This document shows positions 56,996-64,000 of a DNA stretch of 64,000 nucleotides, piece by piece; the first letter of the stretch is position 1; each line of letters begins with the position of its first letter. The translations under genes were made by a program, and so were the position numbers. The notes beneath the pieces are model-generated. The model did no database searches. It saw nothing but the letters and a program-made list of their open reading frames with translations, and had not been told where the DNA came from. This DNA is from Alphaproteobacteria bacterium (GTDB lineage Bacteria; Pseudomonadota; Alphaproteobacteria; UBA828): assembly GCA_965237415.1 (NCBI GenBank), contig CBDEFM010000002.1, forward strand, positions 3,456,001 through 3,520,000, given 5' to 3'.

Positions 56996-57466
56996 GTGGC
57001 TCTCTTCACTTACACGTTCGTCAACAAGGTGGATCGAAAGGGGCGGGTCTCCGTCCCCGCCTCCTTCCGCAATGAGCTGGCCCGGCAATCCTTTAACGGA
57101 ATCGCGGTCTACCCCTCGATCGATGGCAGCAAGTCCCTGACCGGCTGTGAGGAAGATGTCCTCAGGCAGTGGAGCGACACGTACCGTGCGGACGATCCCT
57201 TTGACACCGTTTCCACCAGAAAGCGAATGAGGCTCTTCTCGGCCGTTCAGCGTCTCCCCTTAGACGCCGACGGTCGCGTGCTGCTGCCGGGCGAGCTGCT
57301 TGCCCATGCGGGGATTGCCACCCACGCCGCATTCGTCGGTCTGGGCCACGAGTTTCAGATCTGGGACCCCGCGATCCTCGAAGCCGCCCGGAAAGCAGAG
57401 CAGGGGCAATCCTCCGAGGACGCCGCCGAGCCGGAACTGCCGCCGGCGCCGGGAGGGGATCGGTGA
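56996..57466 (+). CDS. mraZ: dcw cluster transcriptional repressor MraZ
   Basis: GTG after AAGGAG; VDRKGRVSVP and LDADGRVLLP motifs; FVGLG..FQIW. Confidence 0.93.
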   Translation: MALFTYTFVNKVDRKGRVSVPASFRNELARQSFNGIAVYPSIDGSKSLTGCEEDVLRQWSDTYRADDPFDTVSTRKRMRLFSAVQRLPLDADGRVLLPGELLAHAGIATHAAFVGLGHEFQIWDPAILEAARKAEQGQSSEDAAEPELPPAPGGDR

Positions 57467-58434
57467 GCGCCGCCTCCGGCCATGTCCCGGTAATGAAGGA
57501 GGCGATGCTCTCCCTCATCGCCCCCAAGGACGGCGGCATCTATGTGGACGGCACCTTCGGCGGCGGCGGCCACAGCCGGGCCCTGCTCGAGGCGGCCTCC
57601 TGCGTGGTGTACGGGATCGATCGCGATGCGGCCGCGCTCGGCGCGGGCGGTGCGCTGTCTACGCGGTTCGACGGCAGGCTGATCCTGCTCCACGGTCGCT
57701 TCGCCGAAATGGCGTCCCTGCTCGCGCCCCACGGCGTGCACGCGGTGGACGGGATCGTCCTCGATCTCGGCCTCTCCTCGCGCCAGCTCGATGACGCCTC
57801 GCGGGGCTTCTCGTTCCGTCTCGACGGACCTCTGGACATGCGCATGAATCAGGCCGATCCGGGACCGACCGCAGCCGACCTCGTCAATGGCGGGACGGAA
57901 GCCGAACTGGCCACGATCATTGCCGGCTTCGGCGAGGAGCGCCGGGCACGCGCCATCGCGCGGGCCATCGTCGCGGCCCGTGCCGAGGCTCCGATCACCC
58001 GCACCGGCCAACTCGCCGAAATCGTGCGACGGGCCGCGGCGCGGCGGCCTCAAGGCAGGATCGACCCGGCGACGCGCACCTTCCAGGCGCTCCGCATCCG
58101 CGTCAACGACGAGATCGGCGAGATCGAGCGGGGGCTTCAGCAGGTCGAGCGGCTTCTGCGGCCGGGGGGGCGCGCCATCGTCGTGTCCTTCCACTCGCTT
58201 GAGGACCGGCCCGTGAAGCGCTTCTTCCGCGAGCGGAGCGGGCAGCGGCAGCCCAATCGCCACGAGCCGCACGCTGCCACGAAATTGCCCGATCCGACCT
58301 TCAGGCTGCTGACCCGCCGGGCGCTCAAGCCGGACGGATCGGAGATCTCGGCGAACCCGCGGGCACGCTCGGCGCGGCTGCGTGCGGCCGAGCGCACCGG
58401 CGCGCCGCCGTGGCACGAGAGGCTCGTCGCATGA
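57463..58434 (+). CDS. rsmH: 16S rRNA C1402 N4-methyltransferase
   Basis: HVPVM, DGTFGGGGHS, DLGLSS.QLD, GPLDMRM, TRTFQALRI, SFHSLEDR, NPRARSARLR. Confidence 0.97.
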   Translation: MSAASGHVPVMKEAMLSLIAPKDGGIYVDGTFGGGGHSRALLEAASCVVYGIDRDAAALGAGGALSTRFDGRLILLHGRFAEMASLLAPHGVHAVDGIVLDLGLSSRQLDDASRGFSFRLDGPLDMRMNQADPGPTAADLVNGGTEAELATIIAGFGEERRARAIARAIVAARAEAPITRTGQLAEIVRRAAARRPQGRIDPATRTFQALRIRVNDEIGEIERGLQQVERLLRPGGRAIVVSFHSLEDRPVKRFFRERSGQRQPNRHEPHAATKLPDPTFRLLTRRALKPDGSEISANPRARSARLRAAERTGAPPWHERLVA

Positions 58435-58748
58435 TGCGGCACCTGGTTCTCATATCGATCGCAGCGTTCGTGCTCTCGATGCTCGCGCTCTTCCTCGTGA
58501 AGCACGAGGTGAGGGGGCTCGAGCGCGAGCTTGCCGCGCTCGAGCTCGACCGTCAGCGCCATGTCGAAGCGATCCGGGTGCTCCGCTCCGAGTGGAGCTA
58601 CCTCACCCGTCCGTCAAGAATTGCGTCTCTAGCCGCGCGCCACCTGCCGCTAGAGCAGGTGCGGCCCTCGCAGGTCCGCTGGTTGCCTGGGCGGGCCGCC
58701 GGGCCCTCTGCGTTGGTCATCCCGATCGGCGCGGAGGTTGAGCGGTGA
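58431..58748 (+). CDS. ftsL: Cell division protein FtsL
   Basis: TM helix plus coiled coil, LRSEWSYLTRPSRI; between rsmH and ftsI. Confidence 0.88.
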   Translation: MMRHLVLISIAAFVLSMLALFLVKHEVRGLERELAALELDRQRHVEAIRVLRSEWSYLTRPSRIASLAARHLPLEQVRPSQVRWLPGRAAGPSALVIPIGAEVER

Positions 58749-60487
58749 GGGACCTGGCGATACGGCGCTGGTGGCGCCGCGATCGCTCGCCGCTGCCTCC
58801 GGGTGCGACGGAAGCGCCGGCGCCGGCGCTTCTGGAGCGCGCGCGCGGCCGCCTGCTGGCCACCGGAGTGGTCTTCCTTCTCTGCTTCGGTGCGCTGATC
58901 GTGCGCACCCTCGATGTGGCGGTGATTGGCGCCCCAGTCGGCACGACGGGCGCCGGTGGAGTGGCCGCCTTCAATCCGGCCGGGCGAGCGGACATCGTGG
59001 ACCGCAACGGTGTTCTCCTGGCCTCCAACCTGCCGACCCACACGCTTTACGTGGAGCCCAGAAAGATCTTCGATCGCGAGGAGGCCCTCGCCGCGCTGGG
59101 TCGCGTGTTCCCCGATCTCGACCTGGAGCGCGCGGCCTCTCTCATCGCGTCCGGCAGAAAGACCGCGCTGCTGCGGCACAACCTGACGCCGGAGCAGTCG
59201 CACGCCATCAACCGGCTCGGTGTTCCCGGTCTCTGGTTGGAGCGCCAGGAACAGCGCCTCTATCCCCAGGGCCGCCTCTTCGCACACGCCGTCGGTTTCA
59301 CGGACGTGGACAATCGCGGCCTCGCCGGCGTCGAGAAGGCGGTCGACGAGGAGCTGCGACGGCGCGCCGAGGCCCACCAGGGCCCGCTCGCACTCTCGCT
59401 CGACATCCGGGTCCAACACGTTCTCGCCGAGGCGCTCGCCGAAACCATGAACGCTCATCGGGCGGTCGGTGCCGCCGGCATGGTGATGGATGTGGAGAGC
59501 GGCGAGTTGCTGGCCCTGGTCAGCCTACCCTCGTTCGACCCGAAGGGGCCGGACCGGAGCGGCGCGGACGCTCTCTTCAACCGCGCCACTCTCGGCACCT
59601 ACGAGCTGGGCTCGACCTTCAAGCCCTTCACCATCGCCATGGCGCTCGATCACGGCATCACCGGGATCGAGGACAGTTTCGATGCCACTGAACCGATCAA
59701 GGTCTCGCGCTACCTCATCCGCGACCACCACCCGGAAAACCGCTGGCTGACGGTGCCGGAGATACTCATCCACTCTTCCAACATCGGTGCAGCGCGGCTG
59801 GCGATGGAAGTGGGCGCGAAGCGGCAGCGGGCCTTTCTCGACGCGCTCGGCATGTTCGAGCGGATGCCGCTGGAGTCGCCGGAGCGCGGCTGGCCGATCG
59901 CGCCCCGGCGCTGGTCCGATCACACCACGATGACGGTCGGCTTCGGCCACGGGCTCGCGGTGACTCCGCTGCACCTGATCGCGAGCTATGCCGTGCTCGT
60001 CAACGGCGGCATCGCAGTGACGCCGACGCTGCTGAAGCGCGAGCCGGGCGCAAACCTGGTGCAACGGCGGGTCATCAGTGCCGAGACCTCCGCCATCATG
60101 CGCATGCTGCTCTACGCCGTGGTGGCCGAGGGCACCGGCAGGAAGGCGGCGGTTCCCGGCTACCTGGTGGGTGGGAAGACCGGCACGGCCGAAAAGGCCA
60201 TCGGCGGCGCCTACAAGCGCGACAGCATGATCACCAACTTCGTCGGCGTCTTCCCCATCGACCGGCCTCGCTATGCGGTGCTCACGCTGATGGACGAGCC
60301 CAAGGGCACCGAGGAGACCTTCGGCTTCGCCACGGCGGGCTGGACCGCGGCGCCCGTGGCCGGCACGGTCATCGAGCGCATCGCACCGCTTCTCGGAATC
60401 CCGTCCGCAATCGAGCCTGGCGAGACCGAAGAAGTGCCGTCGATCGTTTGGGAGAGCGTTGAAGGGGGGCGTCATGCGTCTCTCTGA
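58745..60487 (+). CDS. ftsI: Septal peptidoglycan transpeptidase FtsI (PBP3)
   Basis: RADIVDRNG, R.YPQG, GSTFK, SSN, KTGT. Confidence 0.95.
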   Translation: MRDLAIRRWWRRDRSPLPPGATEAPAPALLERARGRLLATGVVFLLCFGALIVRTLDVAVIGAPVGTTGAGGVAAFNPAGRADIVDRNGVLLASNLPTHTLYVEPRKIFDREEALAALGRVFPDLDLERAASLIASGRKTALLRHNLTPEQSHAINRLGVPGLWLERQEQRLYPQGRLFAHAVGFTDVDNRGLAGVEKAVDEELRRRAEAHQGPLALSLDIRVQHVLAEALAETMNAHRAVGAAGMVMDVESGELLALVSLPSFDPKGPDRSGADALFNRATLGTYELGSTFKPFTIAMALDHGITGIEDSFDATEPIKVSRYLIRDHHPENRWLTVPEILIHSSNIGAARLAMEVGAKRQRAFLDALGMFERMPLESPERGWPIAPRRWSDHTTMTVGFGHGLAVTPLHLIASYAVLVNGGIAVTPTLLKREPGANLVQRRVISAETSAIMRMLLYAVVAEGTGRKAAVPGYLVGGKTGTAEKAIGGAYKRDSMITNFVGVFPIDRPRYAVLTLMDEPKGTEETFGFATAGWTAAPVAGTVIERIAPLLGIPSAIEPGETEEVPSIVWESVEGGRHASL

Positions 60488-61928
60488 ACTGATCCCCCGG
60501 TCGGCGGCGGACGACGTGGAGGTCACGGGGCTCGCGTCCGATTCGCGCGCTGTGCGTCCCGGCTACCTGTTCGCGGCGCTCCCCGGCACGCGTGTCTCGG
60601 GCGTCGACTTCATCCCCGATGCCGTGGCCCGCGGCGCGGTCGCGGTGCTCGCCCCAGATGGGACCGACCCGGGCCTGGCGCGCGGAGTCAGCCTCGTGAC
60701 CGATGCCAACCCGCGGCACCGGCTCGCGGTCGCGGCCGCGCGCTACTACGGGGCTCAGCCCTCAGTAGTGGCCTGCGTCACCGGGACCAACGGCAAGACT
60801 TCGGTGGCCGACTTCACCCGCCAGATCTGGCGGGCCTCGGGCCGCAAGGCAGCGTCCCTCGGGACTCTCGGCGCCCGTATGGACGGCGGGCGGCGTCCTC
60901 TGCAGCACACGACGCCCGATCCCATCGCCCTGCATCGCGTGCTGGCCGAGCTTGCCGCAGACGGCATCGACCATCTGGCACTAGAGGCGTCGAGCCACGG
61001 GCTTGCCCAGCACCGTCTGGATGGCGTCTGCGTCGAGGCGGCGGCATTCACGACCTTCTCGCGCGATCACATGGATTACCACGCCGACCCTGACGCCTAC
61101 TTCGCGACGAAGGCGCGCCTCTTCGAGCAGGTCATGGCGGCGGACGGCACTGCAGTTCTCAACGCCGACGACGCGCGCGTGGCGAGGCTCGCCGGGCGCT
61201 GCCGCGCTCGGGGGCAGCAGGTGCTCATCTATGGCGCCGCCGGCTCGGACCTGCGGCTGTTGGCTCGCCACGACTCCGAGGTCGGCCAGGACCTGAGCGT
61301 CGCGATCCTGGGTGCCTTGCACGACGTCGCTCTGCCGTTCCCCGGCGCGTTCCAGGCACACAATGCGTTGGCTGCTGTCGGCCTCGCGCTGGCGACGGGC
61401 GTGGATGCCGCGGACGCCGTCCAAGCGCTCCGCGCTCTGGATGGCGTGCCGGGCAGGCTGCAACGGGTTGCCGGCCATCCGGCCGGTGCTGCCGTCTTCG
61501 TGGATTACGCACACACTCCCGACGCGCTGGCGGCGGCCTTGCGTGCCGTGCGCCCGCTGGTGCCGCGCACGCTCGTAGTGGTCTTCGGCTGCGGCGGCGA
61601 GCGGGATGTCGGCAAACGGCGCGAGATGGGCGAGGTCGCGGCGCGGCTCGCCGACCGGGTCGTCGTCACCGACGACAATCCCCGCCGCGAAGACCCGGCA
61701 TCGATCCGGCGGGCGATCCTCGACGCCTGTCCCGGCGCGGTGGAGATCGGCGACCGTGGCCGGGCCATTCGCACCGCGGTCGAGGGGCTGGGCGCTGGCG
61801 ACGGTCTGCTCATCGCCGGCAAGGGCCATGAGCGGGAGCAGATCGTGGGTGATCGCGAGATCGCGTTCGACGATGCCGACGTCGCACGGTCTGCCATGAC
61901 CGTGAGCGCGGGCGGATGGGCGGCATGA
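60474..61928 (+). CDS. murE: UDP-MurNAc-Ala-Glu:meso-DAP ligase
   Basis: TGTNGKTS, TTPD, EASSHG, DYAHTPD, DNPR (DAP specificity), GKGHE. Confidence 0.96.
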   Translation: MRLSELIPRSAADDVEVTGLASDSRAVRPGYLFAALPGTRVSGVDFIPDAVARGAVAVLAPDGTDPGLARGVSLVTDANPRHRLAVAAARYYGAQPSVVACVTGTNGKTSVADFTRQIWRASGRKAASLGTLGARMDGGRRPLQHTTPDPIALHRVLAELAADGIDHLALEASSHGLAQHRLDGVCVEAAAFTTFSRDHMDYHADPDAYFATKARLFEQVMAADGTAVLNADDARVARLAGRCRARGQQVLIYGAAGSDLRLLARHDSEVGQDLSVAILGALHDVALPFPGAFQAHNALAAVGLALATGVDAADAVQALRALDGVPGRLQRVAGHPAGAAVFVDYAHTPDALAAALRAVRPLVPRTLVVVFGCGGERDVGKRREMGEVAARLADRVVVTDDNPRREDPASIRRAILDACPGAVEIGDRGRAIRTAVEGLGAGDGLLIAGKGHEREQIVGDREIAFDDADVARSAMTVSAGGWAA

Positions 61929-63355
61929 GCCGGTCTTGTCACAACGTCCCGCTGTGGACCTCGACGGAAGCCGTTGCCGCGACCGGCGGGCGGGCGCCCG
62001 AGCCCTGGAGCGCAACCGGCGTCTCCATCGACAGCCGCAGCGTCGAGGCGGGCGATCTGTTCGTCGCGCTCGCCGGCCCCAATCATGACGGCCACGACTT
62101 CGTGCAGGCCGCGTTCGAGCGCGCGGCGGCGGCGGCGATGGTAAGCCGTCAACCCGAAGCGCGAGCCGAGGGCGTGCCGCTGCTGCTTGTGGTGGATACC
62201 TTCGAGGGTCTGCGCACCCTGGCCGGCCGGGCCCGTGAGCGGAGCGCCGCCCACATCGTCGCGATCACCGGCAGTGTCGGCAAGACCGGGACCAAGGAGA
62301 TGCTTGCAAGTGCGCTCGCGAGCTGCGGCGCCACGCTCCCCAGCGCAGGCAATCTCAACAACCATATCGGCGTGCCGCTCAGCCTCGCCCGTCTGCCGCA
62401 GGGCGCCGCCTACGGCGTGTTCGAGGTCGGGATGAATCATCCCGGCGAGATCGGCCCGCTCTCCCGTCTGGCCCGTCCGCATACCGTGTTGATTACCACA
62501 ATCGCCGCGACTCACACCGAATTCTTCACCAGCCTCGACGCTGTCGCCGACGCCAAGGCCGAGATTTTCGAAGGTCTCGAGCCGGGCGGCACGGCCGTGT
62601 TGAACCGGGACAACGACTATTTCGATCGGCTGGCCGCCGCCGCGCGCAGCGCAGGCGCGGGACGCATCGTGTCGTTCGGCGAGAACGCGCGCGCGGATGC
62701 GCGGCTCCTCGCATGGCAACCCACCGCCACCGGCGGCACCGTGACCGCTGCGATCGACGGCGCCGTACTTCACTACGAAATCGCGTTCTCCGGCCGGCAC
62801 TGGGCGTTGAACAGTGTGGCCGTGCTGGCCTGTGTCCGCGCCGCCGGCGCACCGGTCGAGCATGCAGCCCGCGCGCTCCGCACGGTTGCGCCGGGTGCGG
62901 GCCGGGGCGTGCGCCACCGCATTCCGGTTGCGGGCGGTCTCTGCGAGTTGATCGATGAGAGCTACAACGCGAGCCCGGCGGCCGTTCGCGCGGCAATCGC
63001 AACGCTTGCCGAGATAGCTCCGCTCGCGCCGGGCGGACGGCGGCTCGCCGTGCTCGGCGACATGCTGGAGCTCGGCGAGGCGGCAGAGCGCTGGCACGCC
63101 GAACTCGCCGGCGATCTCGAAGCCGCCGGGATCGATCTCGTCTTCACCGTGGGCCCGCTGATGGCCCACCTCCATCGCGCTCTCGACCCTGCCCGACGCG
63201 GCGCCCACGCACCGGACTCGGAAGATCTGACCGACATTCTGCGCGCGGAACTCCGTTCGGGCGACGTGGTTCTGGTCAAGGGCTCGCTCGGCAGCCGCAT
63301 GGGGCCGATCGTGCGGAGTCTCGCCGCCGATGCGACGGCCGCTCGACGGTCATGA
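61925..63355 (+). CDS. murF: UDP-MurNAc-tripeptide:D-Ala-D-Ala ligase
   Basis: SIDSR, TGSVGKT, NNHIGVP, GMNHPGEI, DESYNASP, LGDMLELG, VKGS. Confidence 0.96.
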   Translation: MSRSCHNVPLWTSTEAVAATGGRAPEPWSATGVSIDSRSVEAGDLFVALAGPNHDGHDFVQAAFERAAAAAMVSRQPEARAEGVPLLLVVDTFEGLRTLAGRARERSAAHIVAITGSVGKTGTKEMLASALASCGATLPSAGNLNNHIGVPLSLARLPQGAAYGVFEVGMNHPGEIGPLSRLARPHTVLITTIAATHTEFFTSLDAVADAKAEIFEGLEPGGTAVLNRDNDYFDRLAAAARSAGAGRIVSFGENARADARLLAWQPTATGGTVTAAIDGAVLHYEIAFSGRHWALNSVAVLACVRAAGAPVEHAARALRTVAPGAGRGVRHRIPVAGGLCELIDESYNASPAAVRAAIATLAEIAPLAPGGRRLAVLGDMLELGEAAERWHAELAGDLEAAGIDLVFTVGPLMAHLHRALDPARRGAHAPDSEDLTDILRAELRSGDVVLVKGSLGSRMGPIVRSLAADATAARRS

Positions 63356-63376
63356 CTGAGAAGGGCTCGCCGCGCC

Positions 63377-64000
63377 ATGTTCTTCAACCTGCTGTATCCG
63401 CTCTCGGACTCGATCGGCATCTTCAACGTCTTCCAGTACCTGACGTTTCGCACCGGCGCGGCGGTGGTGACCGGTCTGCTCATCAGCTTCGCCTTCGGGC
63501 CGGCGCTGATACGTGCGCTGCGCGCGCGTCAAACGCTGGGCCAGCCCATCCGTGCCGACGGGCCCGAGACCCACGCGGCCAAGGCGGGGACGCCGACCAT
63601 GGGCGGGGTGTTGATCCTGCTTGCCGTCACCGTGGCGACGCTGCTCTGGGCCGACATGACCAATCCGCTCATCTGGGCGCTGCTGGTGGTCACGATCGGG
63701 TTCGGTGCCATCGGCTTCACCGACGACGCGATGAAACTTCTGAATCGCAGCCACCGAGGCCTGAACATCCGCATCAAGGTCGCCGCCGAGCTGGTGCTTG
63801 CGCTGGGAGTCGTCTTCTGGGTCACGATGATTCTGGAGGCGCCGCTCGATCACGGCCTCGCGTTGCCCTTCGTGAAGTCGCTGCTGATCGACATCGGCTG
63901 GTTCTCGGTGCCCTTCGCCGTCTTCGTCGTCATCGGCTCGTCCAATGCCGTCAACCTGACCGACGGCCTCGACGGCCTGGCGATCGTGCCGATCATGATC
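63377..64000 (+). CDS. mraY: Phospho-MurNAc-pentapeptide transferase (partial, runs off the window)
   Basis: NVFQYLTFR, GQPIRADGP, KAGTPTMGG, SNAVNLTDGLDGLA. Confidence 0.96.
   Translation, partial: MFFNLLYPLSDSIGIFNVFQYLTFRTGAAVVTGLLISFAFGPALIRALRARQTLGQPIRADGPETHAAKAGTPTMGGVLILLAVTVATLLWADMTNPLIWALLVVTIGFGAIGFTDDAMKLLNRSHRGLNIRIKVAAELVLALGVVFWVTMILEAPLDHGLALPFVKSLLIDIGWFSVPFAVFVVIGSSNAVNLTDGLDGLAIVPIMI

Noticed and set aside
1-64000. Many long antisense or alternate-frame ORFs (e.g. 1266-3401, 6646-8682, 22242-25034, 24850-27024, 38371-40605)
   Set aside because: They overlap well-supported genes and lack family motifs; expected shadow ORFs in very GC-rich DNA

Overview
A 64-kb, very GC-rich chromosomal segment that looks alphaproteobacterial (Rhodospirillales-like gene order). 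It holds conserved housekeeping blocks: yfgM-bamB-der, def-fmt-truA, ETF-QO-TPR-ispE, uvrB/apaG-folE-trkH, mlaA-mlaC, djlA-amidase-rnpB and the start of the dcw cluster (mraZ to a partial mraY). Accessory genes are interleaved: higBA, a lone coxS-like gene ahead of an aorABC-type tungsten aldehyde oxidoreductase operon with two Gly-Gly-ending small proteins, four luciferase-like (LLM) oxidoreductases, an hpnA/CDP-alcohol transferase/nucleotidyltransferase trio, a PAS-PAS kinase with receiver-only partners, and a peptide-type ABC importer with a truncated binding protein and one degenerate ATPase domain. No rRNA, tRNA, CRISPR array or transposase was seen. The most unusual signals are non-coding. 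(1) A ~270-bp Y-shaped palindromic element with 34-bp terminal inverted repeats appears inserted in frame five codons into ispE, and its right arm supplies a replacement ATG. (2) A two-copy dispersed element between convergent genes combines a conserved hairpin with 10-bp-phased TCCC arrays resembling the mraZ operator in this same window. (3) A LexA-type box and tiny hydrophobic ORF lie upstream of mraZ. (4) A possible THF-II riboswitch lies ahead of folE. All calls come from manual reading and remembered family motifs; no searches or folding programs were run.
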